DNA of 64,000 nucleotides, taken from NCBI RefSeq assembly GCF_000143415.4, contig NW_003314301.1, positions 1,052,702 through 1,116,701 of the forward strand, written 5' to 3'. The DNA comes from Selaginella moellendorffii (Eukaryota; Plantae; Lycopodiophyta). The notes under the pieces are model-generated. The model was not told the DNA's origin and did not search any database. It was given only the letters and a program-made list of their open reading frames with translations. This document shows, in pieces, positions 12,677 to 24,377 of the stretch. How positions within the stretch are numbered: the first letter of the stretch is position 1; each line of letters starts with the position of its first letter. Position numbers and translations under genes: made by a program.

Positions 12677-14341
12677 ATGACCGATTTGGCGGTAGGGCTA
12701 GCGGTGGAGGTGGAATCCAGCAGGGTTGGGACGAAGGACAGAGTTTTTGATTCTCCTAGCGACAGAGCCAAGGCGAAATTCGCAGCGCTGCTTCGTCAAT
12801 GCAAAAGCCTGGCGGAGGTATGCGCAATTCACGATGAAACTGCTCGAGAGGGGCGAGATCGCGGGACTTTTGTGGGGAACATCCTTGTCCAAATGTATGG
12901 GAAGTACTGTGATCTTGAGAATGCGCGTGAGGTGTTTCAGAGGATCAACTGGAAGAACGTTTTTTCATGGACTATGATCATTGCTGCGTATGCCCAAAAC
13001 GGGCATCCGCGGGAGGCGATGCAAATGTACCGCGAGATGTGCCAGCGCGGGATGAGGGCGGACAAGGTCGCGTTCCTCGGGATCCTTGGCGCGAGCGGAC
13101 AATTGGGCGATCTCGCGCAGGCGATTGCGATCCGCGATGCCGTCACTGCCACCGGGCTCGACTCCGACGTTGTCATTGCCAATGCGGTGATCGACATGCT
13201 GGGCAAGTGCCGCAGCGCCGAGCTTGCCAGAGAGTACTTCGATTCGATCGAGTGGAAGGACGTGATCTCCTGGAACTCGATGATGGGCGCCTATATCCAG
13301 CTCGGCCAGCCGGATCGAGCGCTCGAGCTCTACGATCAGATGGCTCTCAAACCAGACGATGCTACGTTTGTGGCGGCATTGGGAGCCTGCGCGCTGCTCG
13401 AGCTCCTCGATAGAGGGAGGGCGGTGTACGAGCGGGCTGTACGGCACGGATACGGCTCGCATTTGCTGGTGGCCACCGCGGCCGTCAACATGTACGGCAA
13501 GTGCGGGCGCTGTGCTGAGGAGGGACGTACGGCATTTGATGCCATTGGGCCGGACAAAGATACCATTTGCTGGACAAACATGATCTCCGCATATGCCCAG
13601 TACGGGCATCCGCGGGAGGCCATGCATTTGCTGTGGAGAATGGAGCAGGAAGGGTTTAAGCCAAACCTTGCCACCTTTGTTGCCCTAGTTGAGGCGTGTT
13701 CTCAGCTTGGAGCCCTTGAGATAGGAGGGATGATCTACGCGCGTGTCGTTGCGAGCCGGCTTGATTCAGATCCAATCCTCGGGACAGGAATCCTACACAT
13801 GTATGCAAAGTTTGGGAACGTAGCGGAGGCTGCGAATGTTTTCGAGAAGCTCAGTCTCAATGGAGACATTATAACCTGGAATTGCATGCTCATGGCTCAC
13901 GCGCAACACGGATCCGGCATGGAAGTGTTGAGGCTGTACCAGGAAATGGTGGTGCAGGGTTTGCAGCCTAGCGATATCACCTTTGTGGCCATCTTGTGTG
14001 CTTGCAGCCACCTCGGGGCGTGGGAGAAGGGGCACGAACACTTTCGTTTCATGAAATGGGACTTCGGGATAGATCCCACCGCAGAGCACTTTGGCTGCGT
14101 GGTTGATCTTTTGGGAAGATCCGGGAGAGTGAAAGATGCCGAGAGTTTGATCGAGAGCATGCCCGTGTACCCGGGAAGCGTTGTGTGGAAGGTCTTGCTC
14201 AGCGCTTGCAAACTCCATGGCAATGTGGAGCTCGCCGCAAAGGCTGGCGCTCTCGCGTCGGAGCTGGAACCCTACGATCACTGCACGTATGTCATGCTCT
14301 CAAACGTTTTCTCCGCGAGGGAAGCAAGTCTAAACACGTAA
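12677..14341 (+). CDS. PLS-class PPR protein with truncated E domain
   Basis: Intronless 554-aa ORF; NVFSWTMIIAAYAQNGH repeats, HFGCVVDLLGRSG, WKVLLSACKLHG, YVMLSNV. Confidence 0.93.
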   Translation: MTDLAVGLAVEVESSRVGTKDRVFDSPSDRAKAKFAALLRQCKSLAEVCAIHDETAREGRDRGTFVGNILVQMYGKYCDLENAREVFQRINWKNVFSWTMIIAAYAQNGHPREAMQMYREMCQRGMRADKVAFLGILGASGQLGDLAQAIAIRDAVTATGLDSDVVIANAVIDMLGKCRSAELAREYFDSIEWKDVISWNSMMGAYIQLGQPDRALELYDQMALKPDDATFVAALGACALLELLDRGRAVYERAVRHGYGSHLLVATAAVNMYGKCGRCAEEGRTAFDAIGPDKDTICWTNMISAYAQYGHPREAMHLLWRMEQEGFKPNLATFVALVEACSQLGALEIGGMIYARVVASRLDSDPILGTGILHMYAKFGNVAEAANVFEKLSLNGDIITWNCMLMAHAQHGSGMEVLRLYQEMVVQGLQPSDITFVAILCACSHLGAWEKGHEHFRFMKWDFGIDPTAEHFGCVVDLLGRSGRVKDAESLIESMPVYPGSVVWKVLLSACKLHGNVELAAKAGALASELEPYDHCTYVMLSNVFSAREASLNT

Positions 14342-14399
14342 AAACTGTATTTTTACGATCCGTAATAGAGGATATTCTTTTCCCTCTTTCTTGCCCCCA

Positions 14400-15802
14400 A
14401 TGTCGCTCTTCTTGCTGCTCGCGGTGATCTTGTGCGCGATCCAATTCCATCTCGGGGTTCTATGCGATCACCGGGTTGTGTTCCAATTTGGCGATTCCCT
14501 CTCCGACGCGGGCAATTCACTCCTCGCGTTCCCGGGCCTGAATGGATCAGGAATCTTGGGCCTCCCCCCTTACGGCGAGACCTTCTTCAAGAGGGCGACT
14601 GGAAGAGTGACGGACGGGCGACTTATCATCGATTTTCTAGGTGAGTGATTGATTGATTCACGTCGTTCTCTCGAGAGGGAAATGCGTGATCGATTCGACT
14701 TTTCTGTGCAGCGAGTGGAATGGGTGTCCCTTTTCTGGACCCATACCTCGACAAGGCCAGTGCGAACTTTGTCTATGGCGCCAACTTCGCTACGGTTGGA
14801 GCCACAGCTTTGAGCATCAGGGATTTCTACCGCAAGCGCAACATCATGCCTCGCAGGCCCACATTCTCGTTTGACACACAGCTACAGTGGTTCCATAGCT
14901 TCCAGGAGCAAGCACTTATGAATGGATCGAGTGGTACGTAGTCTTTGTTTCTTGTCTAGGTAGTATCATACTGTTTTGATCTCGCGCAGCCTATTCTGTT
15001 CCAAATCTTCGCCAGTTTCGTGAAGCTCTGTATGTCATCGGTGAGATTGGGGGCAACGATTACGCAATGCTCCACGGAAGTGGGGTCGATTTCTTAGACA
15101 TAATCAAGTTCTTTGTCCCTCGAGTGGTCCACGAGATTGAAGAAACGATCCGGGTAAATTAAGAATGATCGAAGTTTACAGTATGTTGACAGGAAGATTT
15201 TCTTACGAACAGGAGCTGTATCAAGCGGGAGCGCGGAATTTCCTGGTGATCAATGTTCCAATCCAGGGATGTAACGTTCGCTCCCTTGCTACTGCTGATT
15301 GGAGCAAGGAGGAAATGGACGAGTTGGGCTGTCTTGCACGATTCAACGAGGTTGGCTATCGTCATAAATTCCTCCTCGAGAGAATGGTACGCAAGTTGCG
15401 TGACGAGTTGCCCGGCTCGGCTTTCGCGACCGGGGACTTCCTCGGGATCACCAAGAAAATCTTTGAAAACTACAAACACTATGGTCCGATCATTCATCCT
15501 TATCCAAAGCTTTTCGATCCGGATGAGGTTCTAAGTCTGCTCCAACTTTTGTGGCAGGATTCACGCACAGATTCGAGGCTTGCTGTGGGATTTATAACGC
15601 TACCACCACTGTCGACTGTGGAGAGAGCGTTTTCGTGAATGGAGCTCGCATCCAGGGCCCAACTTGTGATGACCCATCGCAGTATATCTTCTGGAACGAC
15701 AATCACTTCACGGAACACTTCTACGAGATTGTGGCAAACGCGTTTCTATCGGGAGAGTTTCTGGATCCTCCAATCTTCCCGAAATTATCGCAAACCATAT
15801 GA
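14400..15802 (+). CDS. GDSL esterase/lipase (copy 3, more divergent)
   Basis: Signal peptide; FGDSLSDAGN; GRVTDGRLIIDF; GANFATVGA; GEIGGND; FWNDNHFTE. Confidence 0.92.
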
Positions 15803-15921
15803 CATCAAAATGTATATAAGCATCTATCAAAAGTTTCGTACGAAAGTACCGTACTTGCTTTTGGGCTCTGTTTCTTAGGGTTTATCGAAAAGCCCTAGGG
15901 CGAGCGCGCTAGGGTTCCGCG

Positions 15922-17122
15922 ATGGTGCGGCTTGGAGCGGAGCTCATCTCGCGGGCGCCGCAGTACCTGAATGCCGTCAAGGACCGCGAGATCGATCTGC
16001 GAGGTACTCTCACACCGATCTTTGTATGGAAAGCGCTCACATTTTCTTTCTTCTGTGGCTGTAGGAAACAAAATCGCTGCTATTGAGAACCTTGGAGTCA
16101 CTGCGGTACGTAATGCGCGTCTCTTCTAGTCTCTGATTTCTCGTTTTTTTCTATTCTTCTTAGGATCAATATGACAGTATAGACCTCTCAGATAATGAGA
16201 TCGTCAAGCTGGATGGATTCCCAGAGCTGCGACGCTTGTCCACACTTCTCATTAGCAACAACAGAATTTCTCGCATCAGTTCCAGCCTTGGAGGTAAGTT
16301 GCAAAGAACAGCTCTTAGAAAGCTCTTAGGAATTTTTTTTCAATCCTTTCATTCAGGAGGACTCAGCCAGTGATGTGTTTTACACCTGACAATGGCTGAT
16401 CATGTACATGATTCCACTACTTGACTGAGGCTGTCGACATGCTATTCTCGCATTGCATTGTTTCTTCTTTCGTAGTTTTCTTCTTGTATTTGCTCTAACG
16501 AGTGGTTTCCTTCTACTTGCAGAGTTTCTTCCAAAACTTCACACTCTCGTCTTGACTAACAACAGGCTCAGCAATCTCGCAGAACTGGATCCCCTGGCAT
16601 CGCTCGTAAAGCTCCACACTCTCTCGCTCCTGGAGAACGTCGTGACCAAGCTACCCGAGTATCGGCTCTACGTCATCCACAAGCTTCCAAACCTGCGGTT
16701 GCTGGACTTTAGCAAGGTGAAGGCCAAGGAAAAGATCGCCGCCAAGGCAAGGTTTGCGTCGCAAGAAGCCGAAGAAAATGCCAAGAAAGGTGGAGCGGAG
16801 CAAACTTTCGTTCCCGGCGAGGTTCCCGCTGCTGTTGAGCCCGCCTCGGACGCAAAGCACCAGCATCTAAGCCGGACGGCTCTCAAGGTAAAAAACAAAT
16901 CACTCTTTCAGTCTTTCTTATCGTTTTCTTTGTTTTTGTATAGGCTGCTATTCAAAACGCTCAAACGCTGGCAGAAGTTGCGAGGCTCGAGAGGGTATGT
17001 TCCAAAGTCTTTGAATTTCTCATGGAGATTGGCTCAGCAAACTCTTCTCTCTTTTTTTTTCGTGTTTACAGGCGCTTGCGACTGGGCAATACAATGGATC
17101 TGGAGACGCAATGGAAGAGGTA
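15922..17122 (+). CDS. U2A': U2 snRNP protein A' (LRR); 3' end uncertain, may extend by one small exon to about 17240
   Basis: Spliced MVRLGAELISRAPQYLNAVKDREIDLRGNKIAAIENLG...DQYDSIDLSDNEIVKLDGFP...YRLYVIHKLPNLRLLDF...AAIQNAQTLAEVARLE. Confidence 0.93.
16364..16433 (+). ncRNA. Intronic box C/D snoRNA candidate
   Basis: CAGCC/GGCTG terminal stem; box C GTGATGT; D' CTGA (16396) preceded by CACCTGACAATG, complementary to 25S rRNA CAUUGUCAGGUG as recalled; C'-like ATGATT; D CTGA (16425); lies in the only long intron of U2A'. Confidence 0.75.
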
Positions 17123-17377
17123 AGAAAGCGAGAGTTTTTCTCTTCCATATTTCTTTTCCTGGATGAAAGTTTCAAGCTTGATTGTGTTGGTGTTCACAGG
17201 GATGAGAGCTCCATCCAAGCAATCCAAGCGAACCTTAAGTACCAACATGGTAATTCTTCTTCCTATAATTTTTTTTGCTTCGTAGAGAGTAGCTTATGTA
17301 ACTTCCAAAGATTTTTCTTTGTTGTAACAGAATGAAAGCAAACGTTCTTCTATAAACCCTAAACCCCGATGTAGGTA

Positions 17378-18761
17378 ATGGCTATGGCGGTCTCGCTCGC
17401 GCTCGCGCTTCCGGGGCAGAGGAGCGTCACAGCGCTATGGAATCCGGTGAGCACAGCGAGGCAGCATTGTGTGGGCAGGGCGATCGTGGCTTTGGCGTCG
17501 CCTAGGCGGAGCAAGGGAAGTGGGAGCAGCAAGAGCAAGGTTTGTTTCATTCTTTCTCTTGGACGAGGATAGAGATATGGGCTGATTGCTAGACTCCAGG
17601 CAGGTTTCAAGGATCGACAGCAGCAGCAGCCTCGCCGGCAGCAAAGAATTCGAGTGGAAGAACTTGAAGATGATGATTTTGACGATGAGGAGGATGAAGC
17701 GGGTCTGGAGGCACTGTTCGCTCAGCTGGAGAAGGATTTGGAGGCCGAGCGAGCGGGAAAGAAGGTGGAGGTGGAGACGATCACTGAGGAACAGATGGTT
17801 GCTCTGGAACAGGAGCTGATGGGTGGTGGTGGCAGTCGGGGCGCAAAGAAAAACGCAAAGAAAAAGAAGAACAAGGATCGAGAAGAAGAGGAGAAAGACG
17901 TTTCGAGGGATGAAAGAGAAGATGAGGAGGAGGAGGAAGAACAAGAACAAGAAATCAGCGGTGGTGGATCTGGTCTGGCGAAGTTTATTGAAGAGGCACA
18001 GCGATTGGAAAGCGAAATGGTGGCGAAGCGAGTTGTCAAGCTCGAGAAATGGCAACTTCGAAAGCTAAGAGATGCTTTGGACGTTGAAAAGAGCCAGCTC
18101 AAGGTATGTGCATGGCTTCTCTCTTTCTCTTTCTATTCACTGGTTCTCTCTTTTCTTTTTCCAGGTGAAGGCCCTGGCTGGAGAAACTGGCCTCGACCGC
18201 AGGGATGTTCTTACCTTTCTACGCGATCCTCCACCGGAGCTCATCGAACTGATTGACTCGATATCCGACAAGGAATCGGACGAGGAAGAAGACAAGCCCG
18301 AAGATCAAACAGGCACTCAAGAACAAGATAGCGAAGCTGGCAAAGAGGAAAACGACTCTCCTCGTGTGGAAAGGATAGGCTTGCCGGGTGATACTCAAGG
18401 AACAGGTCCAAAGGCTTGGTACGGGAAGAAGAGAATCCGGAAAGAACACTTGGAAACTTTTGAGAAGGTGTTCCAACGTACGAAGAGGCCGACTGTGAGT
18501 TTTCGATCAAATCTTTCGGTGTTTTTTCTAACTAAACTCGTGGTTTTCGAGCAGGGTGCTTTGATCCAAAACATCGTTGAGCTGACTCACGTCCCAAGGA
18601 AACGCGTTTTGGATTGGTTTGAGAATCGGAGGCAAGAACACGCAGCCAGGTTAGTGCGCTATAGTCGAATGTTCTTTCTTGGAGTGTTTTTTTTTTTCAA
18701 TCCACCTTTGTTCCAGGAAGGAAGAAAACAGGCACTTGGCAAGGAAATGAATCAATTGTAG
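17378..18761 (+). CDS. OCP3: OVEREXPRESSOR OF CATIONIC PEROXIDASE 3-like plastid homeodomain-like protein
   Basis: Transit-peptide-like N-terminus, acidic tract, EALFAQLEKDL, LEKWQLRKL...LDRRDVLTFLRDPPP, KRIRKEHLETFEKVFQRTKRPT...VPRKRVLDWFENRR. Confidence 0.8.
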
Positions 18762-19719
18762 ACATCGCACTTTCAAGGTTCGATTCGATAGAGACATTGC
18801 CAAAAGGATGTTAAGTTGCGTGTCATGTTCTTAGGTGTCCAGTTCCGATCAAACTCCACCAAGCGTTGGGATTGTGTAGCGACGAGCAAATCGCGTCGAC
18901 AACTGGAGAAGAGAGTGATGTGCCTTTTTTATTTTCTTCTTCTCTTTGTTTTTCTCCTTTCGTGAACAAACAGGAGGAAAGATTGGGGGCTTCTTATCTC
19001 AGCCGAGCTGCGTCGCTATCCGTGCTTGCCAATGATATCGACAAGTTGTCCCAATTAACAATGCAAAATTTCTGTCATGCTTGGCTCTTCCTTTGCAATT
19101 ATTGGTGGAATACTGGCAGGAGCTATATAAGAGCAGTGCTTTTGCATTATAATCACTCTAAGACTATAAGACGTTGAGACTAAGATGTTACACCGAGATG
19201 ACATCGACAGAATTGCCAGGGCACCATGCGTGCGGCTTTCGCTGAATTAGCTGGCTAGTCGCAAAAGTTTGGGTCCTCCAACTTTCGTTTCTCATATCTC
19301 AATCGCAGCAAAGGTGACAAAGGTTTTCACGTGAATTTTCTTTTGGTAGAAAAAAACACACACAAAAGAAAACAATGGAACTCTCAGATATATAGATCGA
19401 TCCAGCAACAAGCAGAGCGTTAGGCGATGGAGCTTGTGTAACCACAACAAAAGGCAAACGTATAGTCCATAAATTTCACAGGGTTAACGACACCAAACTT
19501 CTCTCCAGCTGGTTTACGACTGGCCACAAGAACGATTGTCCACTACACACGCTCGGCGCTATAAATTTGGGATCTCTCGACAAAGAGAGAGTGACACATA
19601 GTACTACTAATCTTGTCTGGTAACTTTCTTGCGCGTCAAGTGGTACTTCCATACATCGCAAAGAACAAGATCGAAGAATTTCTTCTCCGAGGAGCGAGTA
19701 TCTTATAGTTTTTGCTGGC

Positions 19720-21530
19720 ATGGGAACTAGCAGCGCACAAAATTCGATGCTCCAGTCTCGCCTAGCTTTAGCTGCTCTTCTTCTTCTTCTTCTTGTCCAG
19801 AGCACTTACAGCGCGTTTGAATTGACACCGGACGTTCCACCGATCCAACACCACCATCGCAAGGCCGGGGACGGGCAACTTTGGGTGGGAATTACGATCG
19901 TTTCCAGCGCTTTGGCCTCGGCAACTGGAGGCGGTGAGTGGAAGGATCGATGAAAAGTTCTTTCAAGTTTTCCAAGAATCTCTCGTGAAATTCGGTGGAA
20001 TTGTGATGCAGTATGCTTGGATGGGAGTGCTCCTGCCTATCATCTCCTCAAAGGCTCTGGAAGTGGCGCGAACAGCTGGCATTTACATCTAGAGGTGTGC
20101 TTCCTCTGTTTTTCATTATCTCGATCTCGAGAAATTGGACCAGCCATGCCATGGATTCTAACACAAATTCTTGGATCGTCGTCTTCCAGGGTGGAGCTTG
20201 GTGCGAATCGATCGAGAAGTGCGTCGAGAGGGCATCTACGAATCTGGGAAGCTCCAGCAAGATGGAGACCTCAATCCCTTTCACGGGCCTTCTCAATAAC
20301 AATTACAACGTCAACCCAGGTGAGATCATCATCGTCTTTCTCTAATTGTTTTTGATACGTGGTCGAATCATAGACTTCTATAACTGGAATCACGTCTACG
20401 TAAGATACTGCGATGGATCATCGTTCAACAGTGACGTAGCAAATCCTTACAAGACTTCTTCTGGTCAGGTAATCTATCGTAATGTCACAAAACTTAATGT
20501 TTTTCTTAAGAAAAATCTTTCCAGACGCTGTATTTCAGAGGAAGAAAAGCTTTTAAAGCGATCATAGATGATCTCAAGTCTCAAGGTCTTGGCAATGCAG
20601 ACCAGGTAAAAGTCCCCAGTAACACGAAATAAATTACAAGAGTTTGTGATTTTTACAGGCATTTCTCACTGGATGCTCGGCCGGAGGACTGTCAACGATT
20701 CACCGTTGCAATGACTTTCAGTACTATCTCCCTGGGATCAAAGTCAAGTGCTTGAGCGATGGTGGCTTCTTTCTCAACGCGTGAGTCATCGAAAGTCAGA
20801 GTTCCGTTGACCCACATTCTTTTGTTTTTATTTTCAGGCCGGATACCAGCGGCAACTATGCACTGTATAGTTTTTATAATGGAGTTGTCAACACACATAG
20901 CTTGAAAGATACACTGCCTAGCTCTTGCATCTCATCAAAAGATGCAACCCAGGTATTTTCATAAACAATCTTGCTGAAGTTAGTGTATTTCCATCGAGAA
21001 TCTTCCAGTGCTTTTTTCCACAAAACATGCAAAACTACGTTGGACCGCCCTTGTTCTTCGTCAACGGTGCCTACGACTTTTGGCAGGCAAGAGTTCTTCA
21101 CTTGGTACTATTGTTGTTTCTTATATCCTATTGTCGCAGCTAGAGAATGTCAAGAGATTGTCGAGAGATCAATACAGCTCCTGTGTAGATCACTCGGCGT
21201 GCCCAAACGTAAATGTTCTGCAAGGGTTCAGGCAAAGCATGCTCGACGCGCTCTCCATCTCGCGCTCCCGGGGATCGTCGGGGATGTTCATCGATTCCTG
21301 CTTCAGTCACTGCCAAGTTCAAGGGGATGACAAGTGGAACAATCCCAAAGTCAATGGCCTGGTATGGAAAAACTTCTTGTAGATTGTTTCAAACCTCATC
21401 GTGATCTTGTTTGACTGGACAGTCAACTGCAAAAACTGTGGGTGATTGGTACTTTGGCCGTTCGTCGTCGTCCATACACATCGACTGTGCATACCCTTGC
21501 AATCCAACTTGTGTCACAAGGCTCGATTGA
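19720..21530 (+). CDS. Pectin acetylesterase (PAE/Notum family), about 11 exons
   Basis: [62 protein letters not shown]. Confidence 0.93.
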
Positions 21531-21677
21531 AAGAAAGAAACTGCAAAAGAAATAAGCTCCTCTTACAAACCCCAAGAGAAAAGAGATAACATATCGAAAG
21601 CTTTATTCATGGATGTATAAATGAAAAGTGATACTTCCTCTTATTCTTCACGACAACACTATAACGTTCCCATAAAT

Positions 21678-23057
21678 CTATCCGATACTTGCAATGTTGA
21701 GGAGGCTGCTAATGAGATTCAAGACATTCTCCGCGGGCACAGCAATCCCAGATCCCAAAACATTCACCGAGAGGATGTCGCCACCAGATCCATTCCCGGA
21801 GCTACCATTAGGATCTTGCTGCAAATTCGCGGTCAGGGAACTCGTCTTTTGCATGAATTCTCCCACGGTATAGTTGTATGGCTCCACGCGAGCCTCCCTT
21901 TCCGAGTATAGAACAGTGCGCATGGACGCATCCTGGCTCGCCAAAGCCGGAAGAATCCCAGCAACAAGCTGCCAAATTCCAATACCATTAGTTACAAAGC
22001 TCGCCAACTTTCTCGTAAACTTTCAGAATGATAACTTACCGAGACTGCTCTGGAGCTCTCGAGATTTGGAAGCATGTCTGTTGCCACTGATGCTGCCAAG
22101 CCCGGGCCGAGCGACTGAACACCCAACAGCAGTTTCGTGGGATCGTCATCGATGCTGAAGTCGGGCCGCAGGCTGCCATTGAAAGCCCTGTTCACTGCCG
22201 TGGAGAGCACTTCATTGGTCACGTTTAGATCTTGAGGCCTCTGGATGGCCCGGTCCTGGAGCACACTAAGCATGGAACTGAAAGAGCGTTTGATCAATAC
22301 ACTTTGCAATATGGATTGATTGATAATTAAAATGTTACCTGACTTGGGCGATTGAGATTGCACTGAACTCGCTCAACATCTGTGGAATCATCTGCTGATC
22401 TCCTGAAACTTGCTGAAACACAACTTTCTGGGAGACCGAAGCTGGCTGCACAACTGAAGACGGTCTCGCCCTTGCGTTTCCGAGGCTGGCTCTGAGAAAG
22501 ATGTCGTTGAGCACGAACTGCACAGCCAGGAGATTATTAAGATTCCGAACATCGCGATCCGTCAGCTTGTCGCCCTTGTGATCGTCCTCGTCGTCGCCGT
22601 CCTTTGGTGGATTCTTGGAAGACTTCGGTGGAAACTTTGGGGATTTGGGACGACTCTTTGGCTTGCAAGACCTGCAATCATCCTTGCAGTGCTTGCAATC
22701 GTGCTTGCAGTCATCCTTACAATCGTCCTTGCAATCATCCTTGCAGGGCTTGCAATCGTCCTGATCATCTCGATCTTTGACACCCTTCTTGCGATCATCG
22801 TCTTTCCAATCCTTGCCTTTGTCACAGGACTTGCAAGGCTTGCAAGGAGGAGGAGCTGGGATGCAGCCCAGCGGACACTTTGGCGGTGGCGGGGGGCAGG
22901 GTGGCGGCGGCGGTGGTGGACATGGTGGCGGTGGACACTTCGAATCATCATCTTTGTCACCCTTCTTGTCACCCAGAGTGTGGACGCGTTCCAGCGAGAA
23001 TGTGGAGAAGATGGAGAGGAAGAAGAACGCGATCAAAGAATGTGTGACGAGCGCCAT
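21678..23057 (-). CDS. Divergent desiccation-related PCC13-62 (ferritin-like) protein with signal peptide and Pro/Cys-rich N-terminal repeats
   Basis: RPQDLN...AFNGSLRPDF, LVAGILPALASQDASMRTVLY...VEPYNYTVGEF match PCC13-62 family motifs; three exons. Confidence 0.75.
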
Positions 23058-23319
23058 AGCTAGCTGCTATCGTACCTAGTAACCGAGCAAGGGCTTGTTT
23101 ATATATGGAAACGCTTGAGAATCAACGCGACTGTGCATGAAGAACACGTCTACCTTTGACAAAGATGGAGAAATCTCCTTTCTAATTCTAATTGGTGAGC
23201 TCTTCGAATATTCTACTATTATCCAATCTTTCTTTCTAAAAGAATGCGAGGTATTTTCCAAAGAAAAAAAAAAGAAGAAAAAGTTGACCCATTGACTGTA
23301 GTAATTTTTACAAACTTAG

Positions 23320-23952
23320 TCAAACTACGTTCCAAGTGTCAGCTATGGCTCGCATTATACACCCCATCCCTGCTCGATCAGTTAATTTCTCGTGGATTCG
23401 AAGGCATTGATCACACGTTGTTCTATCGCCCGTGGCGAGACCTCTATAAACATACCTGGCAATCTCAACAAAAAAGCAAGGAAAGAAGAGAGATATCTAA
23501 TCAGCAATAGTCGAGCACGAGAGGAAATCTTTTCTTACTTCATAAGAATGTCGTAGTACTCTGGATCTAGCGTCGCAAACAACGCATCCACGTCTTTACA
23601 CGCCATGAGAGCCTGATGTACCAAAATCCAATTGGCAGACTGCGCAGCATTCCTAGAAAAAACATAAGAAACTTGGAAAAAACCATTGAATCCCAGACCT
23701 TGCATCGCTCGTCCTTGGTTCTCGTCGGCGGGTCCTCCAACGCGACCTTGAGCGCTTCACTATTCCGAGATCTATTGCAAAAGAATGAGAGAGAGGTGAG
23801 AGAAATCTTGCGATTTGATAGCGCTACACTTACAATCTAAGCAGGCGCTCCATTTGCGGCGCCTTGTGCTCGATCCTCGCGATTATAGCATCGACCGACT
23901 CCTCGGATTCCTCGTACTCGTCGTAGAGCGCTCCATCGTCCGCCTCCCCCAT
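23320..23952 (-). CDS. ARPC5: ARP2/3 complex subunit 5 (CROOKED homolog), 4 exons, absent from the ORF track
   Basis: Spliced translation ...DAIIARIEHK...EALKVALEDPPTRTKDERCKSANWILVHQALMACKDVDALFATLDPEYYDILMKYVYRGLATGDRTTCDQCLRIHEKLTDRAGMGCIMRAIADTWNVV. Confidence 0.92.
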
Positions 23953-24066
23953 GCCCTATCACTCTCGACGCAGGAAACCCTAATTGCGAGAAAAAATTTA
24001 AATCGGTCAACGGTCATTGGGAAAATCGTAGAGTAGGCTTACTTTGGAAAAAGTATACAAGATATC

Positions 24067-24138
24067 GCGTTAGTAGTCCAACGGTTAGGATAATTGCCTT
24101 CCAAGCAATAGACCCGGGTTCGACTCCCGGCTAACGCA
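24067..24138 (+). tRNA. tRNA-Gly(TCC)
   Basis: GCGTTAG...CTAACGC acceptor stem, ATTGC-CTTCCAA-GCAAT anticodon arm, GGTTCGACTCC B-box. Confidence 0.96.
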
Positions 24139-24377
24139 ATTTCTCTTATAAATGCACAGATATGACCTTCTCTATTATTTTGAAAATATTTGAATACCTA
24201 GGTAGGAGGCAGGAAGTTTAGCGTGAGTGGCTGCTTCTTTTTTCTTTGACAAAATTTAGGCTTTCCAGTAGCCTCCTTTGTGGAACACCGCGTCATTCGT
24301 TCACTCCTTGACGGATGGTATCTTAGCTCATCTCCTCCTTGATCGATCGCACTGGGAGGTTTTTTTTTTTGTTTACA

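Noticed and set aside
18866-19177. 103-aa ORF downstream of OCP3
   Set aside because: Non-ATG start, intron-like composition and no recognisable homology
22777-23079. Gly-rich plus-strand ORF
   Set aside because: Antisense shadow of the poly-Pro region of the PCC13-62-like gene
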